A DNA stretch of 60,353 nucleotides, filler included. It is 3 parts of 3 records of this genome, joined end to end, with 100 filler letters (N's around TTAATTAATTAA, not from the genome) between each part and the next. Parts side by side here need not be neighbours in the genome. Positions count along the whole stretch, not along the records: positions 28,390 to 51,277 come from DRR723986_3162; 2 more parts are not named here. One strand, given 5' to 3'. Positions 38,376 through 49,091 of this stretch are shown here, one piece after another. Under the pieces are notes generated by a model that did not search any database, had not been told where the DNA came from, and saw only the letters and a list, made by a program, of their open reading frames with translations. Made by a program: the position numbers and the translations under genes. The stretch's first letter is position 1, and the number at the start of each line of letters is the position of its first letter.

Positions 38376-39335
38376 TCAGGCGCCGTAGGTGCGCTCGTCC
38401 AGGCCGGTGCGGGCCAGCTCGTCTGTGAGCATGGAAAGAAATGCAGCCTCGGCGTTGGATTGGCGGCGTGCGGGGTTGGTGATGAGATAGATATTCACCA
38501 TGGGAAGCGCATCATAGGGGGGCACCTGCCGGATACGGCCGGCGCGTTCGTCTTCTTGGGCCACGTGCAGGGGCAGGGCGCCAATGCCAAAATCGGCCAT
38601 GATCATGCGGCGAATTTCGGTCAGGCTAGACGACAGGCCGCGCCAGCTGTTGGCCAGCCCCGCGCGCGCACGCAGGCGTGAAATAGCCTCTAGCGGGCCG
38701 CCTTCTGCCTCGGTTTGAAAGGCCACGAATGGCGCGCCCTGAATATCGCTTAGGGTAATTTCCTTGGCACGAAACAACGGGTGGCGGGCGCCGCAATACA
38801 GGCCGAAAAATTCACGATATAAGATGGTGGCGGTCAAGTGGGGCGGCTGCTTGGCCAGCAGGCAGATGCCCAAACTGGCCCGGTTCTGGGCCACCATTGT
38901 GGCCACGCCTTCGCTGTCATGCACCGAAAACCCGTAGGTGACACGCGGATAGGCGCGGGCAAAGCGGCTAAGCACATCGTCAAAATGCTCGCACATCACG
39001 GCGCTGGTGGTGGCGATGGTCAGATGGCCGCGCAGCTCGTCTGGGCCGGCATCCATCAGCGAGGGCAATTGCGACACCGTGCCAAAGATCTTTGCGCATT
39101 CGGTATACAGCGCCTGCCCCGCCGGTGTGACGCTAAATTCATTTGGCTTGCGCACGATCAACGCTTTGCCTGTTGTCTCTTCCAGCCGTTTTAGCGCTGC
39201 GGAAACCGTGGGCTGTTTCAGCCCCAGCGCATCGGCGGCTTTGGAAATGCCGCGCTGTTCGGTGATGACCATAAATGTGCGCAACAGGTTCCAATCTAGG
39301 TTCCAGGGAAAGCGGTGGTGTTTCGGTAGCTTCAT
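38376..39335 (-). CDS. LysR-family regulator
   Basis: LDWNLLRTF, ISKAADALGLKQPTVSAALKRLE, GIGALP; start at 39335 or 39344. Confidence 0.93.
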   Translation of the reverse strand: MKLPKHHRFPWNLDWNLLRTFMVITEQRGISKAADALGLKQPTVSAALKRLEETTGKALIVRKPNEFSVTPAGQALYTECAKIFGTVSQLPSLMDAGPDELRGHLTIATTSAVMCEHFDDVLSRFARAYPRVTYGFSVHDSEGVATMVAQNRASLGICLLAKQPPHLTATILYREFFGLYCGARHPLFRAKEITLSDIQGAPFVAFQTEAEGGPLEAISRLRARAGLANSWRGLSSSLTEIRRMIMADFGIGALPLHVAQEDERAGRIRQVPPYDALPMVNIYLITNPARRQSNAEAAFLSMLTDELARTGLDERTYGA

Positions 39336-39348
39336 AGATTTCATCAAT
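39334..39348. promoter_or_regulatory. LysR-type T-N11-A site
   Basis: ATAGAT-TTC-ATCAAT imperfect palindrome overlapping the LysR start, upstream of the divergent ABC operon. Confidence 0.5.
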
Positions 39349-39499
39349 ACTAATGCTAGAGTATATTTATTTGCGTAATGTTTTGCCGCTATGCAAGTGT
39401 TTTCAGGTGCGCAGGCCAGCGCTGCCAAAACTGGGCCAAAATTAACTGGGCCAAAACTGCCGGGCATCGGCCCGGCGTATGACCAACAGGAGACACATA

Positions 39500-40276
39500 A
39501 TGACCGTTCGCCGCACCATTTTGAAATCTGCCCTAGTGGCTGCCAGCTTTGCCTTTATGGGCATCAGCCCCGCCAGCGCCGACGAGCTGGATACGCTGAA
39601 AGAAAAGGGCGTGATCCGCATTGCCATGTCGGGCGCATACCCCCCGTTCAATTTTGTGAATGACAAAAACGAGGTTGTGGGCTTTGACCCGGCCATTGGC
39701 GCCGAAATCGCCAAACGTATGGGCCTAGAGGTGGAAATCGTGACCACCGCGTGGGATGGCATCATTGGCGGGCTTTTGGCCAATAAATACGACGCCATCG
39801 TGGGCTCGATGACCATCACCGCCGAACGTGACGAAGTGGTTGATTTTGTTGGCCCCTATTATTCGGATAAACGCGCGATTTTCACCAATCCCGGCTCGGG
39901 CATTGCGTCTTTGGGCGATCTCGAGGGCAAAAAGGTAGGCCTGACACTGGGTGAAACCCACGAAGATTGGGCGCGTGAAAAGGGCTATAATGTCAGCACT
40001 TACAAGGGCCTGCCCGAGCTGCTGCTGGAGCTAGAGAACGGCCGCGTCGATGCCATTGTAAACGATTCCATCGCCGCCATTCTGGCCATGGGTGCAAAAG
40101 GCCAAGCGTTTGAAATGTTCGGCGACCCCACCACCGAACCTTTTGGCGCGGGCATCGCCATTCGCCAGGGCAACCCCGAGCTGGCCGCGGCCATGCAAAA
40201 AGCGCTGGATGATCTGATGGCCGATGGCACCTATTTGAGCATCGCTGAAAAATGGGTTGGCGCTGATATCCGCTAA
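39500..40276 (+). CDS. Polar amino-acid ABC substrate-binding protein (family 3)
   Basis: YPPFNF, GFD, WDGIIGGL, SMTITAER, GRVDA; RBS AGGAG. Confidence 0.95.
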   Translation: MTVRRTILKSALVAASFAFMGISPASADELDTLKEKGVIRIAMSGAYPPFNFVNDKNEVVGFDPAIGAEIAKRMGLEVEIVTTAWDGIIGGLLANKYDAIVGSMTITAERDEVVDFVGPYYSDKRAIFTNPGSGIASLGDLEGKKVGLTLGETHEDWAREKGYNVSTYKGLPELLLELENGRVDAIVNDSIAAILAMGAKGQAFEMFGDPTTEPFGAGIAIRQGNPELAAAMQKALDDLMADGTYLSIAEKWVGADIR

Positions 40277-40347
40277 TCCATCTGGCCCCCGGGCGCCGCA
40301 TGGCCCCCGGGGGTGTTTAGGCAAAGCCATCCCCGCCGGAGTGATCG

Positions 40348-40995
40348 ATGGACACAGAGCTGATGCTAAAGGTCTACCCGTTCTTTTTGCAGGCGGCGGG
40401 GCTGACGATCGTTTTGTCGGTCTTAACGGCCCTTTTGGGGCTGGTGTGCGGGGCCTTGGGGGCTGCGGCGCGGCTGTCGCGCTTTGCTGTTTTGCGGTTT
40501 CTGGGCGCGGCTTATGTCAGCGTTTTCAGGGGCACGCCTGCGTTGATCCAGCTGTTCATCTTATATTTTGGCGGGCCGCAGATCGGCATTCAGCTAGATG
40601 CGTTCCAGGCCGGTGTTATCGGGTTGGGGGTGAATGCGGGCGCCTACATGGCCGAAACAATCCGCGGGGCCATTATTGCGGTTGATCGCGGCCAGATCGA
40701 GGCCGCGCGCACCCTGGGCCTAAGCCGTGCTCAGGCCATGGCGCGGGTGGTTTTGCCACAGGCCGCGCGGCTGATGGTGCGGCCTTTGGGGGTGAACCTG
40801 AACATGCTGATCAAGGCCACAGCCCTGGTTGCGGCCATCTCGGTGGTCGAGCTGACATATACAGCGCAGCGCTACATCGGATCGACCTACAAACCGTTCG
40901 AGATGTTTCTTCTGGCCGGGGTTCTTTACATGGCCATCATTTATGTCACCGGCCGTGGTGTAGCGTGGCTGGATCGCCGCGTGCGCATTCGCTAG
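40348..40995 (+). CDS. Polar amino-acid ABC permease
   Basis: FRGTP, AYMAETIRG, GQIEAARTLG, VLPQA. Confidence 0.95.
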   Translation: MDTELMLKVYPFFLQAAGLTIVLSVLTALLGLVCGALGAAARLSRFAVLRFLGAAYVSVFRGTPALIQLFILYFGGPQIGIQLDAFQAGVIGLGVNAGAYMAETIRGAIIAVDRGQIEAARTLGLSRAQAMARVVLPQAARLMVRPLGVNLNMLIKATALVAAISVVELTYTAQRYIGSTYKPFEMFLLAGVLYMAIIYVTGRGVAWLDRRVRIR

Positions 40996-41012
40996 CAAAA
41001 AGGGGCGCCGCC

Positions 41013-41669
41013 ATGGGGCTGGATTTTTCGATTGTTCCCAAATACCTGGACATCCTTTTGCTGGGTGTGGCCTGGACGGTGGGCATTACCCTGGCGGCGG
41101 CGCTGTTAAGCTTTGTGGGCGGCATTCTATTTGCCTTGGTGGCGCTTTACGGGCCATGGCTGCTGCGCCAACCCTTTCGCCTGGTGTCTTGGGTGTTTAT
41201 GGGCACGCCGCTGTTGTTGCAGCTGTTTTTGATTTACTTTGGCCTGGTGCAGATCGGCATAGATCTGCCTGCTTTCGTGGCCGGCAGCATTGGGTTGGGG
41301 CTGCATTTTGCGGTCTATAATTCCGAGCTTATTCAAGCGTCAATTCTGGCGGTGGACCGGGGCCAGATGGAGGCCGCGCGCACCTTGGGCCTAAGCCGTG
41401 GGCAGGCGTTGCGTAAGGTGGTGGTGCCACAGGCGGTGCGCGCGGTGATACCGCCCATCGGCAACAATATGATTGCGCTGTTGAAAGACAGCGCGCTGGT
41501 GTCGGTGATTGGCGTAAGCGAGCTGACGCTTTCGGCCCAGCGGGTGATTGGCAAAACCTATCGGCCCTTTGAATTTTATCTGGCCGCGGCCGCCTTTTAT
41601 TACGTCATCAACCTGTGCATGGAATGGGTGCAGCGCAAAATCGAGCGCCGCATCTCTGTGTCACGCTAA
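41013..41669 (+). CDS. Polar amino-acid ABC permease
   Basis: [25 protein letters not shown]. Confidence 0.95.
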   Translation: MGLDFSIVPKYLDILLLGVAWTVGITLAAALLSFVGGILFALVALYGPWLLRQPFRLVSWVFMGTPLLLQLFLIYFGLVQIGIDLPAFVAGSIGLGLHFAVYNSELIQASILAVDRGQMEAARTLGLSRGQALRKVVVPQAVRAVIPPIGNNMIALLKDSALVSVIGVSELTLSAQRVIGKTYRPFEFYLAAAAFYYVINLCMEWVQRKIERRISVSR

Positions 41670-41683
41670 ATTGGGGGGCCGGG

Positions 41684-42454
41684 ATGGCGCAGAACCAACC
41701 TTTTGTCGATATTCGGCATGCGCAGAAATCGTTTGGCAAGGTAGAGGTGCTGAAAGACATCAGCCTGACGGTGGAACGCGGGCAGATCGTGGGCATCATC
41801 GGCTCGTCCGGGTCGGGAAAATCGACCTTGCTGCGCGCCATAAACGATCTTGATCCGCTCAGCGGTGGCGAAATATGGCTGGATGGTGTGCAGGTGAACA
41901 AAAAACTGCCGCATCGCCAATACGAGGCCCATATCAATGCTCTGCGCCAACAGGTTGGGATGGTGTTTCAGCATTTCAACCTCTTTCCCCATCTCAGCGT
42001 GCGCGACAATATCACCATGGCGCCGATGCTGTTGAAAAACCTCTCGCGCGCCGAGGCCAACCGCCTGGCCGAAGAGCAGCTTGATCATGTCGGCATGCTA
42101 GAGCGGATCGAATATTACCCCTCGCAGCTGTCGGGCGGCCAAAAACAGCGCGTGGCCATCGCCCGCGCCTTGGCGATGAAGCCCAAGCTGATGCTGTTTG
42201 ACGAGGCCACCTCGGCCCTGGATCCCGAGCTGGTGGAAGAGGTGAATTTGGTCATGAAAAAGCTGGCCGAACAGCACATGACGATGATCATCGTCACCCA
42301 TGAAATAGATTTTGCCGCCTCGGTCTGCGACCGGGTGTTGTTTATGGACAAAGGCGTGGTGGTCGAGGAAGGCCCGCCACAGGTGATTTTCAAAAACCCA
42401 ACCCAGCCCCGCACGCGGGAATTTTTGCGCAAGCATATCGAAGGTGCATCGTGA
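41684..42454 (+). CDS. Polar amino-acid ABC ATP-binding protein
   Basis: [50 protein letters not shown]. Confidence 0.96.
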   Translation: MAQNQPFVDIRHAQKSFGKVEVLKDISLTVERGQIVGIIGSSGSGKSTLLRAINDLDPLSGGEIWLDGVQVNKKLPHRQYEAHINALRQQVGMVFQHFNLFPHLSVRDNITMAPMLLKNLSRAEANRLAEEQLDHVGMLERIEYYPSQLSGGQKQRVAIARALAMKPKLMLFDEATSALDPELVEEVNLVMKKLAEQHMTMIIVTHEIDFAASVCDRVLFMDKGVVVEEGPPQVIFKNPTQPRTREFLRKHIEGAS

Positions 42455-43803
42455 GCGAAGACCACTCTTACCTGTTTTACCAATCCCGCAACCCGCGCCC
42501 GTTTTTGGATTACGGCGAAGGGATTTACCTGTTTGATGAAAGCGGCAAGCGCTACATCGATGGCTCGTCCGGGGCGATGGTATCGAACATCGGCCATTCC
42601 AACCCGCGGGTGCTGGCCAAGATGCAGGCGCAAATGCAGCGTGCAACCTTTGGCTATCGGCTGCATTTTCGCACCCATCCCTCGGAAGACCTGGCCAAGA
42701 AAACCGTGTCGCTGATGCCAAAGGGGCTGGAGCGGGTGTTTTTTGTCTCTGGCGGCTCTGAGGCGGTGGAAAGCGCGGTGAAACTGGCGCGCCAATACGC
42801 GCTGACGCAGGGGCAGGGCGCGCGCTATAAAGTGATTTCGCGCTTTCCCTCGTATCACGGGTGCACCTTTGGCGCCTTGGATCTCACGGGCTACGACCCG
42901 CTGCGCCAGCCCTTTGCGCCGATGATGGCCGGCATGCCCAAGGTGGCAGCCCCTGCCACATATCTTGACCGTGACAACCTCAGTGAAGAAGAGCGGGGTT
43001 TGAAATACGCCGATCTGCTGCGCGAGCAGATCTTGGCCCAAGGCCCTGAAACGGTGCTGGCCTTTATCATGGAGCCGGTGGGCGGTGCCTCGACCGGAGC
43101 GCTGGTGGCGCCAGACAGCTATTACCACCGTGTGCGCGAGATTTGCGATGAATTTGGTGTGCTGCTGATCTACGACGAGGTGATGACCGGGGCCGGGCGC
43201 ACGGGGCGGTTTTTGGCGGCCGAACATTGGGGCATTACCCCCGATATCGTGGCTCTTTCAAAGGGGTTTGGCGCGGGTTATGCGCCGCTTGGCGCCATGG
43301 TGGCGGGCGCGCGGCTGGTTGATCCGGTGTTGGATGCCGGCGGGTTTGCCCATGGCTTTACCTATGCAGGAAACCCGATGGCCTGCGCCGCCGGTCTGGC
43401 CGTGCTGGAAGAAATGGAAGACTACGGGCTGGTCGATAACGCCGCACGTATGGGCAGCCTTTTAATGGCGCAGCTGCAGGGATTGATGGCGCGCTATCCC
43501 TTTATCGGCGATGTGCGCGGCAAGGGGCTGCTGACCGCGTTCGAGCTGGTCGCAGACCGCGAAACCATGGCGCCGCTGGACCCGGGCTTGAATGCCTATA
43601 CCCGTTTGGTCGAACACGCCTACGCGCGCGGCTTGATCCTTTATGCGCGCCGCACCCGTGGTGGCACGGCGGGCGATCATTTCCTGGTGGCCCCGCCACT
43701 GATTATCACCGCCCCCCAGATTGACGAGCTGATGGCCATTTTGCGCGACGCGCTGGATGCGTTTGCCGCAGAAACCGGCCTGCCGGTGGTGGGGGCGCCA
43801 TGA
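42451..43803 (+). CDS. Class III PLP-dependent aminotransferase
   Basis: [51 protein letters not shown]. Confidence 0.95.
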   Translation: MSEDHSYLFYQSRNPRPFLDYGEGIYLFDESGKRYIDGSSGAMVSNIGHSNPRVLAKMQAQMQRATFGYRLHFRTHPSEDLAKKTVSLMPKGLERVFFVSGGSEAVESAVKLARQYALTQGQGARYKVISRFPSYHGCTFGALDLTGYDPLRQPFAPMMAGMPKVAAPATYLDRDNLSEEERGLKYADLLREQILAQGPETVLAFIMEPVGGASTGALVAPDSYYHRVREICDEFGVLLIYDEVMTGAGRTGRFLAAEHWGITPDIVALSKGFGAGYAPLGAMVAGARLVDPVLDAGGFAHGFTYAGNPMACAAGLAVLEEMEDYGLVDNAARMGSLLMAQLQGLMARYPFIGDVRGKGLLTAFELVADRETMAPLDPGLNAYTRLVEHAYARGLILYARRTRGGTAGDHFLVAPPLIITAPQIDELMAILRDALDAFAAETGLPVVGAP

Positions 43804-44492
43804 AACTGCCCGATAAAACCACCCCCATGGCGCAGGCCATTGCCACCATCAAAGATGGTGACACGGTCATGATTGGCGGCTTTGGCGTGCCCGGCACACC
43901 GATGACGCTGATCCACGCGCTAGTGGCCCATGGGGCGCGCGGCCTGACGGTGATCAAAAACGATGCAAACGAGCCCGGAATGGGTGTGGATCACCTGCTG
44001 CAAAGCGGGCAGGTCCGCAGGCTGATCACCACGCATTTGGGGCTGAATGCCAATGCCATGGCCCTGATGAATGCAGGCCAGATCGAGGTTGAATTCAACG
44101 CGCAAGGCATTTTGGCCGAACGCATTCGCGCCGGGGGTGCGGGGATCGGCGCGGTGCTCAGCGATGTTGGGATTGGCACCGAATTGGAGCATGGCAAACA
44201 AGTGATCCAGCTGGATGGGCGGCCCCATCTGGTGCAAACCGCGCTGCGGGCTGATGTGGCGCTTTTGCATGCCGATTGTGCAGATGGCTTTGGCAATCTC
44301 ACCTACCGGGCCACCGCGCGCAATTTCAACCCGGTCATGGCCATGGCAGCCCAGCGGGTGATCGTGGAAACCGAAACGCTGGTGGCGCTGGGCCAGATTG
44401 CCCCCGATGCTGTGCACACGCCCGGGGTGTTTGTGGATTGCGTCGTGCCGCTGGAGACACTTTCAAAGGAATATGCCGTTGTCGAGCGCTAG
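43800..44492 (+). CDS. 3-oxoacid CoA-transferase subunit A
   Basis: IKDGDTVMIGGFG, QGILAERIRAGGAG, GNL, ARNFNPVMA, HTPGVFVD. Confidence 0.93.
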   Translation: MKLPDKTTPMAQAIATIKDGDTVMIGGFGVPGTPMTLIHALVAHGARGLTVIKNDANEPGMGVDHLLQSGQVRRLITTHLGLNANAMALMNAGQIEVEFNAQGILAERIRAGGAGIGAVLSDVGIGTELEHGKQVIQLDGRPHLVQTALRADVALLHADCADGFGNLTYRATARNFNPVMAMAAQRVIVETETLVALGQIAPDAVHTPGVFVDCVVPLETLSKEYAVVER

Positions 44493-45132
44493 GGACAGAT
44501 TGTTGGCGCGCGCCGCGCGTGAAATTGTGCCGGGCATGGTGGTTAATCTTGGCATTGGCCTGCCCACGCAGGTGTTGGCCCATGTGCCCGCCGGTATCAC
44601 AGCCTGCCTTCACACCGAAAACGGTATGGCGGGTATTGGCCCTGCCTTGCCGCCCAGCCAGGCCGATCGCAACCTGATTGATGCGGGGGGGGCTTATGTC
44701 TCAACCCTGCCGGGCAGTGCGTTTTTTGACAGCGTCACTAGTTTTGCCATGGTGCGCGCCGGGCGCATCGATTTGACCATGCTGGGCGCTTTCGAGGTGG
44801 CCGCCAATGGCGATTTGGCAAATTGGAAAATTCCGGGCAAATTCAGCCCCGGCATGGGCGGGGGTATTGAGCTGGCGCAAAAGGCACGCCGGGTTGTGGT
44901 GATCAGCACCCATACCGACCGCGCCGGAAACCCCAAATTGAAATCGGCCTGCACCCTGCCGCTGACCGCTGCGGGCTGTGTGGCGCGCATCTTTACCGAT
45001 ATGGCTGTGGTCGATGTGGGGCCGCGCGGGTTTGAGCTGGTCGAGCTGGCCGAGGGGCGCAGCCTGGCCGAGGTTGCCGATGCCACCGGCGCACCGTTAC
45101 ATGTGCCCGATCACCCGATTGCAACATTTTAG
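44473..45132 (+). CDS. 3-oxoacid CoA-transferase subunit B
   Basis: VNLGIGLP, HTENG (catalytic Glu), GDLANW, GMGG, CTLPLT. Confidence 0.93.
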   Translation: MPLSSARDRLLARAAREIVPGMVVNLGIGLPTQVLAHVPAGITACLHTENGMAGIGPALPPSQADRNLIDAGGAYVSTLPGSAFFDSVTSFAMVRAGRIDLTMLGAFEVAANGDLANWKIPGKFSPGMGGGIELAQKARRVVVISTHTDRAGNPKLKSACTLPLTAAGCVARIFTDMAVVDVGPRGFELVELAEGRSLAEVADATGAPLHVPDHPIATF

Positions 45133-45144
45133 AAAGGGCCGCCC

Positions 45145-46437
45145 ATGACACATGCTGATCTGAACACCCGTTTATGCGCCGCGGTAGATGATGCCTTTGA
45201 GGCGCAAGTGGCGTTTTTGGCCGAGCTGACAGCGCACCCCTCGACGCGCGGAAATGAACAATCGGCGCAGGAATTCATGGCGCATGCCCTGTCGGCGCGG
45301 GGCTACGAGGTGGATCGCTGGCAGATCGATTTGGCCGATATCCAGCATTTGCCGGGTTTTTCGCCCGTGATTGGCGATTACGAGGATGCGATCAATGTGG
45401 TGGGCAGCCACCGTGCGCAATCGGGGGGGCGGTCGCTTATTCTGAATGGGCATATCGATGTGGTGCCCGAAGGCCCGCTGGATATGTGGGACAGCCCCCC
45501 CTTTTCGCCGCGCGTGGCTGATGGCTGGCTTTATGGGCGGGGCGGCGGTGACATGAAGGCGGGCCTGGTGTCGAACCTCTATGCGCTGGACGCGCTGGCG
45601 GCTTGTGGCCTGGCCCCGGGGGGCGATGTGTTTTATCAATCCGTGGTCGAGGAGGAATGCACCGGCAATGGCGCCTTGGCCTGCCTGGCGCGCGGCTACC
45701 GCGCCGATGCCGCCCTGATCCCCGAGCCGTTTTCCGAGCAACTGGTCAGCGCGCAATTGGGCGTTCTATGGTTTCAGGTGCATCTTAAGGGGCGGCCCAC
45801 CCATGTGGCCTATGCCGGCAGCGGTGCCAATGCCATCGAGGCCGCCATCCCCCTGATCAAAGCCCTGCACGAGATGGAACACCGCTGGAATGCCCCCGAC
45901 AGGCGCAGCCCCGATTATGCCCATGCCGAGCATGCGTTAAACCTGAATGTGGGTAAAATCGAAGGCGGGGATTGGGCCAGTTCGGTGCCTGCCTGGTGCG
46001 TGTTTGATGTGCGCATGGGGCTTTTCCCCGGCCAGTCCTTGGCTGCGGCCAAGGCCGAGATTGAACAGGTTATTCTGGATGCCGCGCGCGAAAACGCCTT
46101 TTTGCGCAATGCGTTGCCGGAAATCGTATACCATGGGTTTCACGCCGAAGGCTACGCGCTGTCGCAAGACAGCTCGGCCAAGGCACAAGCCGCCATTGCC
46201 GCGCTCGAGGGCGCGCATAGCGTCGCCACCGGCACCGCCTTGCAGCGCCAGGCCATCACCGCCACCACCGATGCGCGCTTCTTTGGCCTTTATGCCGATA
46301 CGCCAGCCTTGGTTTATGGCCCCCATGCCGAGGGCATTCATGGCTTTAACGAACGGGTGGATCTGGATAGTATGCGCCGTGTCACCAAAGCGACGGCCAT
46401 GTTCATTGCCGATTGGTGCGGGGTCGAGCCGCGCTAG
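45145..46437 (+). CDS. ArgE/DapE-family M20 deacylase
   Basis: LNGHIDVVP, GRGGGDMK, VEEE, IPEP, TDAR, HGFNE. Confidence 0.93.
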   Translation: MTHADLNTRLCAAVDDAFEAQVAFLAELTAHPSTRGNEQSAQEFMAHALSARGYEVDRWQIDLADIQHLPGFSPVIGDYEDAINVVGSHRAQSGGRSLILNGHIDVVPEGPLDMWDSPPFSPRVADGWLYGRGGGDMKAGLVSNLYALDALAACGLAPGGDVFYQSVVEEECTGNGALACLARGYRADAALIPEPFSEQLVSAQLGVLWFQVHLKGRPTHVAYAGSGANAIEAAIPLIKALHEMEHRWNAPDRRSPDYAHAEHALNLNVGKIEGGDWASSVPAWCVFDVRMGLFPGQSLAAAKAEIEQVILDAARENAFLRNALPEIVYHGFHAEGYALSQDSSAKAQAAIAALEGAHSVATGTALQRQAITATTDARFFGLYADTPALVYGPHAEGIHGFNERVDLDSMRRVTKATAMFIADWCGVEPR

Positions 46438-46456
46438 GCGCGCATAGGGGGCGATT

Positions 46457-47623
46457 TTGGATCAGTTGTCAGACGATAGCATTGCCGAATTGGTGGCCTT
46501 GCGCCACGTCTTGCATCAGCACCCCGATCTGTCAGGCCACGAGGCCGCCACCGCTGCGCGCATTGTGCAGGCCCTGCGGCCCCTGGGGCCTGATCAGATT
46601 TGGCAAAATATCGGCGGCCATGGGGTGGTGGCCGAATACCGCGGCGCTGCAGCTGGCCCCAGCGTGTTGCTGCGCTGCGAATTAGATGGCCTGCCCATCA
46701 CCGAGCTGGGTGGGCTGGCCTATACATCCACCATTCCGGGGCAGGGGCATCTGTGCGGGCATGATGGGCATATGGCCACACTCTTGGGCGTGGCGCGCTG
46801 CCTGCACCAGCAGCGGCCCGCGCGGGGGCGGGTGTTGTTGCTGTTTCAGCCCGCCGAGGAAACCGGCAGCGGTGCCAAGGCGGTGATCGATGATCCGCGC
46901 TGGCCACAGCTGCGCCCTGATTATGCCTTTGCCTATCACAACCTGCCCGGCCACCCCCTGGGGCAGGTGCTGTTGCGCGCAGGCCCCACCAATTGCGCCT
47001 CGCAGGGGATGAAACTGCAGCTGCATGGCAAAAGCGCCCATGCCGCCCAGCCCCAGCACGGGCTATCGCCGGGCCCTGCTATGGCGCAGCTGATGCAGAT
47101 TTTGCCGGGCCTTGGGCAGGGCACGATCGATGATGCAGGCTTTGCCCTGGCCACGCTGACCCATGCCGCGCTGGGCGCGCCCTCGTTTGGGATCGCGCCC
47201 GCCGATGGCGAGCTGCGTGTGACCTTGCGCGCCATGACAAACCAGCGCATGCAGGCGCTGCAGGCCGCGGCCGAGCGGGCGGTGGCAGATCAGGCCGGCG
47301 CACAGGGGCTAAAGGTGCAGATCAGCTATCACGATGTGTTTGCCGCGGTTCACAATTGCCCCAAGGCCACTGCCTTGGCCCAGGCGGCGGCAGAGGGCTG
47401 TGGCTTTGCCCCGCAGCATATGCCCCAGGCGCTGCCCTTTTCCGAAGATTTCGGGCGCTTTGGTGATGATGGCGCCAGCGCCGCATTGCTTTACGTGGGC
47501 GCGGGGCAGGCCCACCCGCAATTGCACAACCCCGATTATGATTTCCCCGATGCGCTGATTGCACCGGTGGTGCGGCTGTTTATGGCCATTCTGGCGCGGG
47601 CCCTGGGGCAACCGCTGTCATAG
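46457..47623 (+). CDS. M20D amidohydrolase (hippuricase-like)
   Basis: LHQHPDLSGHE, RCELDGLP, HLCGHDGH, FQPAEE, SEDF, LHNPDYDF; TTG start. Confidence 0.93.
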   Translation: MDQLSDDSIAELVALRHVLHQHPDLSGHEAATAARIVQALRPLGPDQIWQNIGGHGVVAEYRGAAAGPSVLLRCELDGLPITELGGLAYTSTIPGQGHLCGHDGHMATLLGVARCLHQQRPARGRVLLLFQPAEETGSGAKAVIDDPRWPQLRPDYAFAYHNLPGHPLGQVLLRAGPTNCASQGMKLQLHGKSAHAAQPQHGLSPGPAMAQLMQILPGLGQGTIDDAGFALATLTHAALGAPSFGIAPADGELRVTLRAMTNQRMQALQAAAERAVADQAGAQGLKVQISYHDVFAAVHNCPKATALAQAAAEGCGFAPQHMPQALPFSEDFGRFGDDGASAALLYVGAGQAHPQLHNPDYDFPDALIAPVVRLFMAILARALGQPLS

Positions 47624-47645
47624 CGGCGCGCGCGGGGCAAAGGCG

Positions 47646-48269
47646 TTAGCGTGGAAAGGCCAGCTCGGGGGTGTAGCTGTCAAAGCTGCTCAGCGTTTGC
47701 GCATTGCATTCCGCCTGCCAGCGCGACCCCGGCACAACGGCAGATACACAAGGGAAGCTGCATCGATACTGCGCTGTGCGCGCGTTTTCCTCGATCGCGA
47801 TGGCCAAAAGCCCCGCCACCACGCCGCCCTGGCGCTCGACCAGGCGAATGGCGCCATCCATCGTGCCGCCGGTTTCCACCCATTGATCGGCCAGCAACAC
47901 GCGGGTGCCCGCGCCAAAGGCGGGCTTGCGCATTTCCATCTCTTGGGTGCGGCCCGAATAATTGCCGAAAGTTACCTTATCGGTGTCGACACACAGCTTT
48001 CCGGCCTTTCGAATGGGCAGAAAACCCACACCAGACCGCGCCGCGATGGCCGCGCCCAGCACAAAGCCCATCGCATCCAGCCCGCCGACCACGTCGTAGT
48101 CTACGCCTTGCAGATCAGCCATCAGATCATCAAGCAGATCATTGAACGCCGCGCCATTGATGTAGATCGAGGTAGGATCCAGCCAGGCGAATTTGCAGCC
48201 CTTGGTGTTGGGCGCCATGATGTTCAGATACCAGCGGTCGTCGCGCGGGCCTTTATCTTGTGCTGTCAT
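47646..48269 (-). CDS. Type I phosphoribosyltransferase, APRT-like (atypical)
   Basis: GLDAMGF, IRKAGKL, VLLADQWVETGGT; ATGA overlap with the upstream gene. Confidence 0.85.
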   Translation of the reverse strand: MTAQDKGPRDDRWYLNIMAPNTKGCKFAWLDPTSIYINGAAFNDLLDDLMADLQGVDYDVVGGLDAMGFVLGAAIAARSGVGFLPIRKAGKLCVDTDKVTFGNYSGRTQEMEMRKPAFGAGTRVLLADQWVETGGTMDGAIRLVERQGGVVAGLLAIAIEENARTAQYRCSFPCVSAVVPGSRWQAECNAQTLSSFDSYTPELAFPR

Positions 48270-49012
48270 GATGTTTCTCTTTGTCCAAGGGTGCGTGTGA
48301 CCTGCATCAGCGCATGCAGGCGTGCAGGGTCGATATCGTAGAAATTGCCGGGCGCGTTGATGCCTGTGGCCACCATAAAGCAATCGACATCGCCATAGCT
48401 GGCGGCGTTGTCGGGGGTGATGCCGGAGGCGATTGCAAGGGCCTTATCCCCGATGGCCTGGCGAAAGGTGGCAATCTTGCCCAGGTCGGCCTCTTGGCCG
48501 GTGGCCACGCCCGATGTGGTGACAACATCCATGAATGCGCAGGCCTCGCGGGCGGCATCGCCATAATGGGCGGGGTCGATCTGGCGTTGTTTTTTGAAAC
48601 AGGTGCCACCGAAATACAAACCGTTCCAGCCGCTGTCTTGGTAGATCTGCGCGATCTCGCGCGCCTCGGTGTTTTGGCCATGTTCGTCGATGCGCGCGTC
48701 ATCGGCCCAATAGGCATCAACCGCCACACCCTCGGCCGCCAGGCCCCCCAACATCGGAAACGCGTGCTTTCCAGTGACCGCCAGAAAGTTGACCCCCATC
48801 CAAAGCGAAGGATAGGCCGCGCGCGCGCCGCGGATGATGGGCAAAAAGCGCTCGGGCTCGAAATCGTGGTTGATCAGAAAGCACCCGGGCGCCCCTGCGC
48901 CGATCACCTCGCGCAGGTTGCGCAGGGTGCGGGGCAAATCCAGAACGTGGATCACCGGCAAGACAACCGGCCCCGTTGATTTGAACAATTTATGGAATGT
49001 ATCGCGTTTCAT
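48266..49012 (-). CDS. BtpA/SgcQ-family TIM-barrel protein
   Basis: LPVIHV, LINHD, GVNFL, FKKQ, VVTTSGVATG, IASGITPDN, FMVAT. Confidence 0.75.
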   Translation of the reverse strand: MKRDTFHKLFKSTGPVVLPVIHVLDLPRTLRNLREVIGAGAPGCFLINHDFEPERFLPIIRGARAAYPSLWMGVNFLAVTGKHAFPMLGGLAAEGVAVDAYWADDARIDEHGQNTEAREIAQIYQDSGWNGLYFGGTCFKKQRQIDPAHYGDAAREACAFMDVVTTSGVATGQEADLGKIATFRQAIGDKALAIASGITPDNAASYGDVDCFMVATGINAPGNFYDIDPARLHALMQVTRTLGQRETS

Positions 49013-49091
49013 GGGCCCAGATTAGGCCCAGCTGCGGGATAACGGAAATTTATTGTTGCAATTTATTAATTAAGATTTGAAATTTGCATTC

